A DNA stretch of 64,000 nucleotides from Vicinamibacteria bacterium (GCA_963668695.2 CAXXLQ010000004.1:224001-288000), one strand, 5' to 3'; shown: positions 47,956 through 58,371, numbered from the stretch's first letter. Numbers and translations: made by a program. The notes: a model not told the origin generated them from the sequence alone.

Positions 47956-48669
47956 GTGGCAGACTCGACAAGAGAACCAACATTCCGAGTGGCGGGAACC
48001 GGGAGCGCCGGGCGTTCCCTCGGCAGCTTCGCCTTCTCCTTCCTGCTCCAGGGGGGAGCCGTGCTGGCGTTCATCGTCATCCCCATCCTGACAATCAACC
48101 TCCCGACCCCCGAGGGCATCATGACCTTCATGGCGGCGGCGCCGCCCCCGCCACCGCCGCCGCCACCGCCGCCACCGAAGGCCCAGCGGCGAGCTGCCCC
48201 GAAGCCGGTGCTCAACACCACACCCCAATTCGTGGCTCCCGTGGACATTCCGGATGACATCGGTGACGGCGCTGTGGACTTTGGTGTTCCCGGTGGTGTC
48301 GAGGGCGGAGTCCCCGGTGGAATCATCGGCGGAATCGTCGGCGGCCTGCCATCCGGACCGCCGCCCCCGCCGCCCAAGGCCGCTCCCGTCCGCGTGGGTG
48401 GAGAAATCCGCGAGCCGACCCGCACGGTGTACGTACAGCCGATATATCCCGAAATCGCCAAGCAGGCGCGGGTTTCCGGCGTGGTGATTCTCGAGGCCAT
48501 CATCGATCCGAGCGGCAATGTGACAAATATCTCCGTGCTCCGCTCGATTCCACTCCTCGACCAATCGGCGATGGATGCCGTGCGGCAGTGGAGGTACCAA
48601 CCCACCCTGCTCAACGGAGTGCCGGTCCCCATCGTCATGACCGTCACGGTGACGTTCAACCTTGGCTGA
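47956..48669 (+). CDS. Energy transducer TonB
   Basis: RBS GAAGGAG + GTG; TM, poly-Pro, GGVEGGVPGG, YPEIA.QARVSG.V, AVRQWRY.P.LLNG. Confidence 0.9.
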   Translation: MADSTREPTFRVAGTGSAGRSLGSFAFSFLLQGGAVLAFIVIPILTINLPTPEGIMTFMAAAPPPPPPPPPPPPKAQRRAAPKPVLNTTPQFVAPVDIPDDIGDGAVDFGVPGGVEGGVPGGIIGGIVGGLPSGPPPPPPKAAPVRVGGEIREPTRTVYVQPIYPEIAKQARVSGVVILEAIIDPSGNVTNISVLRSIPLLDQSAMDAVRQWRYQPTLLNGVPVPIVMTVTVTFNLG

Positions 48670-48866
48670 CACCCGTCGGGAACGGATGTCCGGAAAGCCG
48701 ATTTCCTGACCCACAACAATCACTACGACTTTTTCAAGGCAGATTTCGCCCTGCCCCGCATTCGGATTGACCAGATCGCAGCGAATCGCTTCGTACCGAC
48801 CCTCAACCCAATCCGGGGCGGCGAAACCCCACCACTTTTCCCCTAGATCCCAGGAGGATTAACGGA

Positions 48867-49535
48867 ATGTCTTTTGACCTGCTTGAGATCTGGACCCACA
48901 TGGGGCCGGCCGCAAAGCTCATCAACGGCGTGATGGCCATCATGTCGGTTTACTCGCTCTCGATCATGATCGAGCGCTGGCTGACGTACCAGAAGGCCAA
49001 GGGCCAGTCCCGCAGCTACTCCGTGCGCATCGCCAAGGAGCTCAAGGCGGGCAACATCGACACCGCCATCAAGGTGAGCAAGGACAAGGAAGTCAGGAAC
49101 AGCCACCTCGCCAAAGTGCTGCTCGCCGGGCTTCAGGAAATCCAGTACCAGACAGAGGAAGGCGGCGCGGACAAGGACACGACGATGGAGGCCGCCCACC
49201 GGGCCATCCAGCGGGCCACCGCCATCAGCGCGATGGACCTGCGGCGCAACCTCTCCGGACTCGCCACCGTGGGCGCCACCGCCCCCTTCGTGGGTCTGCT
49301 GGGAACCGTGCTCGGCATCATCACCGCGTTCCGCGGGATGGCGCTGACCGGGTCCGGCGGAATCGGCGCGGTGTCGGCCGGAATCGCGGAGGCGCTTATC
49401 GCGACCGCGTTCGGGCTCTTCGTTGCCATTCCGGCCGTGTGGGCCTTCAACTACCTCACGAACCGGGCGGACGGCTTCGGCGTCGAGATGGACAACGGCG
49501 CCTCCGAACTCATCGACTTCATGGCGCGCCGCTAA
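48867..49535 (+). CDS. MotA/TolQ/ExbB proton channel
   Basis: APFVGLLGTV.GI, GIAEALIATAFGL.VAIPA. Confidence 0.94.
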   Translation: MSFDLLEIWTHMGPAAKLINGVMAIMSVYSLSIMIERWLTYQKAKGQSRSYSVRIAKELKAGNIDTAIKVSKDKEVRNSHLAKVLLAGLQEIQYQTEEGGADKDTTMEAAHRAIQRATAISAMDLRRNLSGLATVGATAPFVGLLGTVLGIITAFRGMALTGSGGIGAVSAGIAEALIATAFGLFVAIPAVWAFNYLTNRADGFGVEMDNGASELIDFMARR

Positions 49536-49682
49536 CGCGGATCGCCGGAGTCCCCCTTCATGCCTCCCCGCTGGCGCCGTTGCCCCAAAGCCTCTTCCGG
49601 CTATCGGGCGGCGGTGTCGGCGGGCCTCATTCCGCTGATGCCCGGAGCAGACGCGGACAGGGAAACCAAGGAGTAACGTGTC

Positions 49683-50099
49683 ATGGGAATGGCAAATCTT
49701 GGTAACAAGGACGTCAACGCCAACATCAACGTGACCCCCCTCGCGGATGTCATGCTGGTGTTGCTCATCATCTTCATGGTCGTGACGCCGCTTCTGCAGA
49801 AGGGAGTGGACGTCAAGCTTCCGATAGCCGATTACGGACTCGACCACCCCGATAGCGACGACGTTGTGAACGTCGCTATCCGCGAGGATGGGGCGATCTA
49901 TCTCGACCTCATCTCCACCACGCAGCAGGAGCTGCCTACCGCCCTTCTCGCGAAGTTCGCAGGCAAGTCGGAGAAGGTTCTCTTCCTGAAGGCTGACGAG
50001 CGGCTCGCGTACCACGAGGTGCTCGGCCTCATGTCGCTCTGCCGCGATGGCGGGGCCGAAGAGATCGGCCTCATCACCGAACGGGCGGAAGGGCAGTAA
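49683..50099 (+). CDS. ExbD/TolR family protein 1
   Basis: INVTPLADVMLVLLIIFMV, LKAD. Confidence 0.93.
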   Translation: MGMANLGNKDVNANINVTPLADVMLVLLIIFMVVTPLLQKGVDVKLPIADYGLDHPDSDDVVNVAIREDGAIYLDLISTTQQELPTALLAKFAGKSEKVLFLKADERLAYHEVLGLMSLCRDGGAEEIGLITERAEGQ

Positions 50100-50132
50100 C
50101 CCTCAACGGGTCAACACCCGGGAGAAAACATC

Positions 50133-50537
50133 ATGGGAATGGCAGGATTCGCCAAAGGCGGAGTCACTTCCGACATCAACATCACACCGCTCATCGACGT
50201 GCTCCTGGTAATCCTCATCATCTTCATGATCGTGACGCCGCTCACCCAGCAGGGTCACGACGTGGAGATGCCGGACAACCAGGATCAGGTCATCGATGCC
50301 GAGCCCGATCCGAACCAACTCGTGCTGAGTATCGACTCGAGCAGACAGGTAACCATCAACAAACAGGTTGTCGCGCGGGAGGAACTCCCCCTGCGCATCC
50401 GCGACATCTTCGAGACCCGCGCCGACAAGACAGTCTTTCTGAAAGCTGACCCCTTCCTGACCTACGGAGACGTGGTCGAGGTCTTGGACATCGTGAAGGG
50501 AAACGGCGTCGAGCGCGTGGGGATCGTCGCCCGGTAG
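50133..50537 (+). CDS. ExbD/TolR family protein 2
   Basis: INITPLIDVLLVILIIFMI, LKAD...YG. Confidence 0.93.
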   Translation: MGMAGFAKGGVTSDINITPLIDVLLVILIIFMIVTPLTQQGHDVEMPDNQDQVIDAEPDPNQLVLSIDSSRQVTINKQVVAREELPLRIRDIFETRADKTVFLKADPFLTYGDVVEVLDIVKGNGVERVGIVAR

Positions 50538-50568
50538 CCGCTCGCGCAGCCAGAGGAGATCACACGCC

Positions 50569-51651
50569 GTGAACGACAAACAGAAAAAGGTCGCCCGCAT
50601 CTCGGGCGGAGTCGCTTTGGCGCTCGTCATCGGGATCGCGGTGTCCCCGCTTCCCGGGTGGTTCGGCAACTACGTCGACATGCTGCAGGCCATGCGGGCC
50701 TTCGGTAAGGCCAACGAGGCCTACGGCAGGAGGGACTACGAGGACGCGATCCAGTATTACGCCGAGGCTACCGCAAGCGCGCCGGATGACAAACCGCTCA
50801 TCCAGACCACGCTGCGCTTCTTCAGCGCGAGCAGCCACCATCTGCTCTATAGCCCGAACACTTTCGACGATCCAGAGAACGAGGATTATCTCGACGCCGC
50901 ACTCGACGGTTACGAGGACACCCTCGACGTAGTCGCAGCCGCGCTCGCGGACCCGAACCTCGACGAAGCGTCGAGGGAGGGCATCGGGGTTTACGAACGC
51001 TACGCCTCCGAACAGCTCGCCGGAATCCACCGTGACCACCTCGACGACCTCGAGGGGGCGGAGCACTACTTCAATCGCCTGATCGAACTCGATCCGGAGA
51101 CTCCGGAGCGCTACTACGGGTTGGCCGACGTGTACGAGCGGTATCACGATCCCGACACGAATCCGCTCCTCGACAAAGCCATCGCCGCCTACCAGGTTCC
51201 CGTCGAGATGAATCCCGACGATCCGATCGGCTACCGGCAGGTCGCCAACCTGCTCAACAAGTACGGCCGTTTCGACGAGACGATGGAATGGCTCGGACGG
51301 GCTCGGGACGTGAACCCCGCTAACCCCGAGGGCTACTACCTCATCGCGACCTACTACTGGGACAAGGTCTACCGCGACCCCGACCTGAGCGAGCGGCAGC
51401 GTCGCGAATTCATCGACTTGGGGATAGAGCACCTCGACCTGGCCCTCGAGCGGAACGACGAATACGTGGACGCGCTGGTCTACAAGAACCTGCTCCTGCG
51501 GGAGTTGGCCAAGGTGGATCCCCGCAACGCGTCGGCTCTCGTTGCGGACGCCGACGAATACCGGAGCCGAGCGATCGCTATCCGCGATCGGCTGGCGGTG
51601 GAAGCGGTCGCCGCCGCTGTTGCCGCTGCGGAAGCCGCCGCGCAGCGCTAG
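50569..51651 (+). CDS. Membrane-anchored TPR protein
   Basis: N-terminal hydrophobic helix, TPR-like repeats, YVDALVYKNLLLRE. Confidence 0.8.
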   Translation: MNDKQKKVARISGGVALALVIGIAVSPLPGWFGNYVDMLQAMRAFGKANEAYGRRDYEDAIQYYAEATASAPDDKPLIQTTLRFFSASSHHLLYSPNTFDDPENEDYLDAALDGYEDTLDVVAAALADPNLDEASREGIGVYERYASEQLAGIHRDHLDDLEGAEHYFNRLIELDPETPERYYGLADVYERYHDPDTNPLLDKAIAAYQVPVEMNPDDPIGYRQVANLLNKYGRFDETMEWLGRARDVNPANPEGYYLIATYYWDKVYRDPDLSERQRREFIDLGIEHLDLALERNDEYVDALVYKNLLLRELAKVDPRNASALVADADEYRSRAIAIRDRLAVEAVAAAVAAAEAAAQR

Positions 51652-51676
51652 ACAGCGGAGCATCGATCAAGTCCAG

Positions 51677-51722
51677 GCCCCCGTCGGCCGCGCGCTTCGG
51701 CCGCGGCCGGCGGGGGTTTTTT
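51677..51722 (+). terminator. Rho-independent terminator
   Basis: GCCCCCGTCGGCCGCG...CGCGGCCGGCGGGGG followed by T6. Confidence 0.8.
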
Positions 51723-51815
51723 GACTCCAATCCGGGAACGAATGTCAAGGAGGCCGGCAGCCGCCGCAGATTTGGCGAAATCTCTCCAACCCAGTTGAGG
51801 CGGTTGCGCCGTTAG

Positions 51816-52030
51816 CAGCCTGTGAACAAAGTCATATGGCCCAGTTCTCCCGGTGGGGGCTCGAGTGGCGATGCATCCCGGCTGGTACCCACCTCGAGAA
51901 CTGGCCGCCCCGCTCCGCGTTGCTCATCGTTGCGCTGCGGTCGAAATACACCGGGTATTTCTCCCTCGCGCGCCTTGTCAGCCGGGCGCCTTACCACTCT
52001 CGGCACTAACGCCACTTTGTCCACCGGCTG
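51816..52030. mobile_element. Type A MITE-like element upstream of rel
   Basis: CAGCCTGTGAACAAAGT / ACTTTGTCCACCGGCTG; flanks TTAG/CTAG. Confidence 0.85.
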
Positions 52031-52059
52031 CTAGGGTAAATTGGGAGATAGGGCCAACG

Positions 52060-54234
52060 ATGATTCGGTTCGAGACGATTCGGGACCGGGTCCGGACTTA
52101 TCAACCCAACGCTGACTTCGATCTGCTCCGGGCTGCCTACGTGGTGGCGGCCCAGGCGCATCAAGGACAGGTCCGCCGCTCGGGCGAGCCCTATCTGAGC
52201 CATCCGCTTGAGGTGGCTGGAATCCTCGCGGATCTGAGACTGGACATCGTCTCAGTGGCATGCGGCCTCCTCCATGACGTCGTGGAGGACACTCACGTCA
52301 CCAACGAGGACATCGAACGCCGTTTTGGGCGGGACGTGAGCCGGGTGATCGACGGGCTCACCAAGCTGAGCCGGGTGGACTTCAGTTCCGCGGAGGCCAA
52401 TCAGGCGGAGAACGTCCGCAAGATGATCATCGCGATGACGGATGACACCAGGGTCATCCTGATCAAACTCGCCGATCGACTGCACAACATGCGGACGCTC
52501 GACTTCCTCCGCGAAGAGAAGAGGCAGCGTATTGCCACGGAGACCCTGGACGTCTACGCCCCGATCGCGGGTCGGCTCGGCATCGGCCGCATCGAAGCAG
52601 AACTTCAGGATCTGGCGCTTCGTCACCTCGAGCCCCAGACCTACCGGGTCCTCGAAGCCCGGGTCAAAGCCAAAAAGCGATGGGCAGAGGACTTCATTCG
52701 GGATCTCAGCCGGACGCTGAAGCGCGAACTGCAGGCAGAGACAATCCCAGGCGAATTGTCGGGACGGACGAAGAGCATCTACTCCATCCACCGCAAGATG
52801 CATCGGCAACAGATCGAGCTCGACCAGATGTACGACTTCATCGCTCTGCGGTTGGTGACCGACACCGTGCCCCATTGCTACACAGCGCTGGGAGTAATTC
52901 ACAACGTCTGGACACCAATCCCGGGACGCATCAAGGACTTCATCGCCATGCCGCGGGCCAACGGCTATCAGTCGCTTCATACCAGCTTGGTGACCGAGTC
53001 CGGGACCCACTTTGAAGTCCAGATCCGCACCACCGACATGCACCGGGTAGCGGAAGAGGGCATCGCCGCTCATTGGAGTTACAAGTCGTCCGGAAGCTAC
53101 GGAGAGCAGGACATCAAGCGCTTCGCATGGCTTCGCCAGGTTCTGGAGTGGCAAAAGGAAGTCAAGGATCCCCACGAGTTCCTCAGCAGCCTGAAGATCG
53201 ATCTCTATCCGGACGAGGTGCACTGCTTCACCCCGCGTGGGGAGGTCAAAACACTACCCCGGGGCGCAACACCGATCGATTTTGCCTATGCAGTCCACAC
53301 CGAGGTCGGGCACGCCTGCATCGGAGCCCGCGTGAACGGAGCCATGGCGCCGCTCCGCTCTCAGCTCCGGAACGGGGACATCTGCGAAATCCTCACCCGC
53401 AAGAACCATCTGCCGAGTGAGGATTGGCTCAAGATTGCCCGCACCAACCGCGCCAAGAGCAAGATCCGGGCACGGTTGAACGCCGAGGCCAAACGGGAGA
53501 GCATTGAAATCGGCCGAAAGCTTCTCGAAAAGGAAGCGCGCGCTCACGGCCTGAGCCTCCGACGCGTCCGTTCCGCGCCCGGACTCGCCGATGCGCTGAA
53601 ACGCCACGGCGCCGCAAGCCTGGACGATTTCTTCGCCGTCATCGGCTACGGCAAGGTGTCGGCCGCGCGGGCGCTCGCCGACTCGGTCCCCGCCGAACAA
53701 CTCAAACACCCAACCGAGAAAGCCCCCCCCTCCGAGACGGGGTTCGCGGGCGCTGTCCGACGCATCATCGGGCGTGATCCGGGGCAGATCCTCGTCAGCG
53801 GGCAAAACGACATCCTGGTCCACCGGGCTCGGTGCTGTTCTCCGCTTCCTGGAGAAGCGATCGCCGGGTACATCACCAAGGGGAAAGGCGTCGCTGTCCA
53901 CGCGGCTAAGTGCCGCCACCTCGCGGACCTGGTGCGGGATCCGGAGCGTCAGGTTTCGGTGTCCTGGAAGTCAGTCACCGGCGCGCGGTACGACGCCGGT
54001 TTTGTCGTACGGGTCGAAAACCGCAAGGGGATGCTCGCGGATATCACGAAGATCATCGCCGAGGCCGACACTGACATCCGGGCCTTCAAAGGCACTGCCG
54101 ACGACGCTGAGCGCGGCGCTATCTACGTGACTGTTGCGGTTCAAAACGCCAAGGAAGTCGGCACCATCTCACGCCTCCTTCAGACCGTCCCCGGAGTAAT
54201 CGAAGTCCAGCGCGGATCCCCCGTGTCCCGCTAG
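52060..54234 (+). CDS. relA: Bifunctional (p)ppGpp synthetase/hydrolase (long RSH)
   Basis: R.SGEPY..H, LLHDVVED (intact HD), IKLADRLHNMRT, YQSLHT, EVQIRT, TGS DFAYAVHT, CC zinc motif, ACT domain; true start ATG 52060. Confidence 0.95.
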   Translation: MIRFETIRDRVRTYQPNADFDLLRAAYVVAAQAHQGQVRRSGEPYLSHPLEVAGILADLRLDIVSVACGLLHDVVEDTHVTNEDIERRFGRDVSRVIDGLTKLSRVDFSSAEANQAENVRKMIIAMTDDTRVILIKLADRLHNMRTLDFLREEKRQRIATETLDVYAPIAGRLGIGRIEAELQDLALRHLEPQTYRVLEARVKAKKRWAEDFIRDLSRTLKRELQAETIPGELSGRTKSIYSIHRKMHRQQIELDQMYDFIALRLVTDTVPHCYTALGVIHNVWTPIPGRIKDFIAMPRANGYQSLHTSLVTESGTHFEVQIRTTDMHRVAEEGIAAHWSYKSSGSYGEQDIKRFAWLRQVLEWQKEVKDPHEFLSSLKIDLYPDEVHCFTPRGEVKTLPRGATPIDFAYAVHTEVGHACIGARVNGAMAPLRSQLRNGDICEILTRKNHLPSEDWLKIARTNRAKSKIRARLNAEAKRESIEIGRKLLEKEARAHGLSLRRVRSAPGLADALKRHGAASLDDFFAVIGYGKVSAARALADSVPAEQLKHPTEKAPPSETGFAGAVRRIIGRDPGQILVSGQNDILVHRARCCSPLPGEAIAGYITKGKGVAVHAAKCRHLADLVRDPERQVSVSWKSVTGARYDAGFVVRVENRKGMLADITKIIAEADTDIRAFKGTADDAERGAIYVTVAVQNAKEVGTISRLLQTVPGVIEVQRGSPVSR

Positions 54235-54370
54235 GTCGAGCGGTCCGGAAGGGGGGGAAGCCCCCAGCTTCGCCGCCATGTGTTGGCTCCCGCTCGGGGA
54301 TCGCCGCGGGAAGGGCATCCACGCTGCTGGACGCAACGGTAACCGGCGGGACGGGGCCGAGGCGCTTAGG

Positions 54371-55804
54371 TCAGCCGACGGGGCTCGTAACCTCTTCTTG
54401 CTGTCTTGCCAGCCGCCGGAGGAGGTGATGGCTGTAAATCCCGGTCTCATGCCCGTCGTTCCAGTGGATCTGGACACCGTAGTTGCCGACCGGGACGAGT
54501 TTCTTGGGAGCAAAGTTGGTGGGCAACAGGAGGGTGAGGGACCGGCGCTTGCCACTCCATTCGTCGACGCAGGTGGCGCAGGGACAGTGGTTCCGCAAGT
54601 GCTCGAAACCGAAACGATCCTCGCCGCCATCATGCCAGCGGACCACCACCGCGTCCCCCTCCACCCGAACCGATTCGGCCACCCCGCCACGCTCGGCCTG
54701 GTTGGAGCGCGCCACCTCAAGCGCGACTTTCCGGGCAATCTCCCGGAAGGCGACAGCGGCCGGAGTCCCAGGATCGCGCACAACGGTAGGCGTCCCCGCG
54801 TCTCCTGCAACGACCACCCGAGGATCGAGCGGTACGCCTCCCAGGAAAGGAAGTCCAAGGTCCTGCGCCACCTCTTCGCCTCCACCGGTGGAGAAGATGT
54901 TTGTCGTTTCCCCGCAATGCGGACAGGCAAAGGAACTCATGTTTTCGATCACGCCCAACACGGGAACGCGCACCGGTTGGAACATCCGGAGTCCCTTCTC
55001 GGCAATCGTCCGGGCCACCGCCTGAGGAGTAGTGACGATGACCGCCCCGGCGAGCGCCGCGGTTTGGGCGACCGTGAGCTGAACATCACCGGTACCCGGG
55101 GGAAGGTCCACCAGCAGGTAGTCCAACTCTCCCCAGACCACGCCCGAGAAGAATTGCTGGACGAGCCGCGAAGCCATCGGGCCCCGCCAGATCACCGGAG
55201 TCTCCTTGGAGGACAGCATCCCCATGGAGATGAACCGGACGCCATGAGCCTCATGTGGCAAGAGACGGCGGTGTTCATCGGTGTCGGGTCGGTCGTCCAT
55301 TCCGAACATGGTGGTCTGCGAAGGACCGTAGACGTCCGCATCCAGGAGGCCGACGCGCGCCCCGTCCGCCACCAGGGCAACCGCGAGGTTGGCCGAGACT
55401 GTGCTCTTCCCTACCCCGCCCTTCCCGGACGCGATGGCCACCACGTTCTGGACGCCGTCAGGTTTCGTAGGATCCGGCATTGGGGCACGCGGCCCGGGGG
55501 ACCCGGACGGCGGGCCGGCGTCCTGCTGCACCCGCGAAGTCGGGGAAGCGCTCACTTCGGTCCGGAGCGACACCTCCGCCCGTTCGACTCCCGGCAACCT
55601 GAGAAGAGCGTCACGGACCTGCTCCCGGATCTCACCGCCGACTTGACTCCCTACGTTCGGCAGCGCCACCGTAACGCTGACGATGGGCCGGCAGATGCGG
55701 ATGTCCGCGACCTGGCCCAGGGACACAATGCTGTCGCCTCCGAATTCCCGGTTTCGGATCGGGGCGAGGATTTCCAGAACCTGCTTTTGGTCGAGTTGGG
55801 ACAT
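54371..55804 (-). CDS. Mrp/NBP35 (ApbC) Fe-S carrier with N-terminal DUF59-like and C-terminal DUF971 domains
   Basis: GKGGVGKST, DADVYGP, WRGPM, DLPPGTGD, ENMS..CPHC; C-terminal CPCATC...GNYG..I.W.DGH.TGIY. Confidence 0.92.
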   Translation of the reverse strand: MSQLDQKQVLEILAPIRNREFGGDSIVSLGQVADIRICRPIVSVTVALPNVGSQVGGEIREQVRDALLRLPGVERAEVSLRTEVSASPTSRVQQDAGPPSGSPGPRAPMPDPTKPDGVQNVVAIASGKGGVGKSTVSANLAVALVADGARVGLLDADVYGPSQTTMFGMDDRPDTDEHRRLLPHEAHGVRFISMGMLSSKETPVIWRGPMASRLVQQFFSGVVWGELDYLLVDLPPGTGDVQLTVAQTAALAGAVIVTTPQAVARTIAEKGLRMFQPVRVPVLGVIENMSSFACPHCGETTNIFSTGGGEEVAQDLGLPFLGGVPLDPRVVVAGDAGTPTVVRDPGTPAAVAFREIARKVALEVARSNQAERGGVAESVRVEGDAVVVRWHDGGEDRFGFEHLRNHCPCATCVDEWSGKRRSLTLLLPTNFAPKKLVPVGNYGVQIHWNDGHETGIYSHHLLRRLARQQEEVTSPVG

Positions 55805-56025
55805 GAGAGTAGAAGGAGCGCCTCCGGCAGGTGGTCCCGCCAACCCGGCGGTAAGGGGCACTTAGGATAGCCGCCGGAGCCGCACCCGGGCACCGCGCAT
55901 GAGGGCTCAACGGCCGGAAGACTTGGTAACTCTTCTCCCGCTACAATCGGTGGACCGGCGGCGCCGCCAGGCTGCTCTGGGTAGCCGGTAAGGTGACGCG
56001 GCACTGACACTCTAGGAGGCCTCTT

Positions 56026-58371
56026 GTGAACGTCGCTCGCGCGGCACTCAGCTACCGGTTGCCGTTCGCAACCGCCCTCGCTCTTCTTTTCGTCGCAGCC
56101 CAGTCCGCCGCCGCGCGGGCTGCCGTTCAGGAGCAGCAGGACCCGCCCCAGAAGACGGAAGAGCAAAAGGAACAGTCAGAAGAAACGGCCGAGCCGACGG
56201 ACATTCTCCTGCGCTTCAGCGACCAGGTGGTGGTTTCCGCGTCGCGGGTCGAGCAGCAAATCGTGAACGCCCCGGCCGCGATCGCGGTGATCACCCGCGA
56301 GGTGATCGAAGCCCAGGCAGCCAACAACTTCGGCGACCTCCTGCGCCAGGCGCCGGGGGTCAATGTCACCCAGCTGAGCAACACCAGCTACAGCGTCAAG
56401 AGTCGCGGATCTCCCGGTGCCCTCTCCACCTCACAACTCGTCCTGGTGGACGGGCGATCCGTCTATCAGGATTTCTTCGGCTTCACCGCCTGGGATTTCC
56501 TGTCGGTGGGCCTGCACGACCTGGAGCGCATCGAGGTGGTAAACGGCCCGGCCTCGGCGGTCTGGGGCGCGAACGCCATGAGCGGGGTGGTGAACCTGAT
56601 CACCAAGGCGCCGCGGGACGCTTTGGGGACGACGCTGAACCTCCGGTTCGGCACATTCGACCGCAACGTCACCGGCAACCCGATGGACGCGGGCAGCCAG
56701 CTCATGGGCTCCCTGACCCACGCGCAGGCGGTAAACGACCGTTTCGCCTATCGCGCCACCGTGAGCTTCACGCATCAGGACGCCCTCCCGCGGCCGTTCG
56801 GGGAGATCCCGAACGACACCGGAACCCCCTACCCGCCGGTGCCAGGCGTGACGGCCCGCATGCCCAAGTTCGATTTTCGAGCCGACTGGGATTCCCCCGA
56901 CCGCTCAAGCGGACTCCGGTTCTCCGGAGGCTACGCCGCGAGCCAGAGCGTCCTCCACTCCGGCATCGGCCCCTTCAACGTGAAGCCGGGGACGAACATG
57001 TCGTGGGGCCGAGTGCAGTACGTTCGCGGGTCCATGGAAATCGGCAGTTTCTTCAACCGTACCGCTGCCGGGTTCACTTCGATTCTGTCCCGCGATCCAT
57101 CCGGGCGACCGCTCGAGGGCCAGATGAACTCGAGTACCTACGACGTCAGCTTCAAGGACACAAGATTCCTTGGGGGCCGGCATCTCCTCAGTTATGGCGC
57201 CAGCTCCCGGTTCATCACCCTCGACTTCGCTCTCGCTCCCCTCGGCGACGGGCGGACCGAGCAGGGGCTCTACGTGAACGACGAGATCTTTCTCAGCGAC
57301 CGCTGGCGATGGATCGTCGGGACCCGCGCGGACCGGATCAGCGTGCTGGACAAAATCGCCGTGTCTCCCCGAACGACCCTCATCTTCAAACCGACGCCCA
57401 CCCAGTCCTTTCGCGTCTCGTACAACCGCGCCTTCCGCGCTCCATCGCTCACCGACAACTTCATTGACACCCTTATTTCCCAGGAAGCCACGTTCGACCT
57501 TCGTCCCGTTTTCCGCGGCTTCTTCGGTGCGCTGAACGTTCCGGATTCCGCTCTGCCCGCGCCCGTGACCTACCGGATCCCGATCGGTATCGTGGGAAAT
57601 GGCTCGCTGGTCCAGGAAAAGCTCACTGCGTACGAGGTGGGGTGGTCGGGAGCCCTCAACGACTGGATGGGCGCGAGCGCAGCCTTCTATGTCAATCAGA
57701 TGACCAACGCCATTGACTTCACCGATGACCAATTCTGGTCCGGCGCGAACCCGCCTCCCGGGTGGAACGAAGCCTTCTCCGAAGTCGCGCAGTTCATCGG
57801 GCGCCTGGGGGCGGTGCTTCCTCCGGGAACCCTGCCTCCCGCGATCGGCGCGATCGCCGTGAATCCAGGATACCTGATCGACGCTCTCGAAGGACTCGCG
57901 GGGGTCCAGCTTCCGGCCACCTTCACCTACGTCAATCGGGCCTCGGTCCGGAATTCCGGATTCGAAGTCGGCCTCACGGGCCGACGGGGCAACCTCGGGG
58001 GTTTCCTCAACTACTCGTGGCACGCCGACCCGGTAGTCGAAGGATTCGGCGAGGAGGATGCCGATGAAGTCAGCGTGCCGGCGGCCCACCGTATCAATGC
58101 CGGCGTCGACACCGGGTTGGGCGCTTTCGATGTCGCGCTGTCGCTGAACTACACCGATCGCGCCTATTGGACGGACGTGCTGACGGCCGAGTTCCACGGA
58201 TGGACCGAAGCCTTCACCATGGTCAATGCCACCCTGGCGTTAAACCTGATGGAGGGTCAATTCCAGCCCTCGGTCCGGGTGATCAACCTCCTCAACCAGG
58301 AAATCCAAAATCACATCTTCGGCGATGTGCTGCGGCGGCAGATCATCGGGGGGTTGCGCTACCGGTTCTGA
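56026..58371 (+). CDS. TonB-dependent receptor, copy 1
   Basis: VVVSASR TonB box, PGV, LVLVDGR, IERIEVV.GP.SA.WG.NA..GVVN plug, terminal YRF. Confidence 0.92.
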   Translation: MNVARAALSYRLPFATALALLFVAAQSAAARAAVQEQQDPPQKTEEQKEQSEETAEPTDILLRFSDQVVVSASRVEQQIVNAPAAIAVITREVIEAQAANNFGDLLRQAPGVNVTQLSNTSYSVKSRGSPGALSTSQLVLVDGRSVYQDFFGFTAWDFLSVGLHDLERIEVVNGPASAVWGANAMSGVVNLITKAPRDALGTTLNLRFGTFDRNVTGNPMDAGSQLMGSLTHAQAVNDRFAYRATVSFTHQDALPRPFGEIPNDTGTPYPPVPGVTARMPKFDFRADWDSPDRSSGLRFSGGYAASQSVLHSGIGPFNVKPGTNMSWGRVQYVRGSMEIGSFFNRTAAGFTSILSRDPSGRPLEGQMNSSTYDVSFKDTRFLGGRHLLSYGASSRFITLDFALAPLGDGRTEQGLYVNDEIFLSDRWRWIVGTRADRISVLDKIAVSPRTTLIFKPTPTQSFRVSYNRAFRAPSLTDNFIDTLISQEATFDLRPVFRGFFGALNVPDSALPAPVTYRIPIGIVGNGSLVQEKLTAYEVGWSGALNDWMGASAAFYVNQMTNAIDFTDDQFWSGANPPPGWNEAFSEVAQFIGRLGAVLPPGTLPPAIGAIAVNPGYLIDALEGLAGVQLPATFTYVNRASVRNSGFEVGLTGRRGNLGGFLNYSWHADPVVEGFGEEDADEVSVPAAHRINAGVDTGLGAFDVALSLNYTDRAYWTDVLTAEFHGWTEAFTMVNATLALNLMEGQFQPSVRVINLLNQEIQNHIFGDVLRRQIIGGLRYRF

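Noticed and set aside
54235-54370. SRP or 6S RNA between rel and mrp
   Set aside because: GGTCCGGAAGG only superficially resembles the SRP loop, the GAAGCAGC partner is missing, and no long 6S-type hairpin is evident; an Rfam search would be needed
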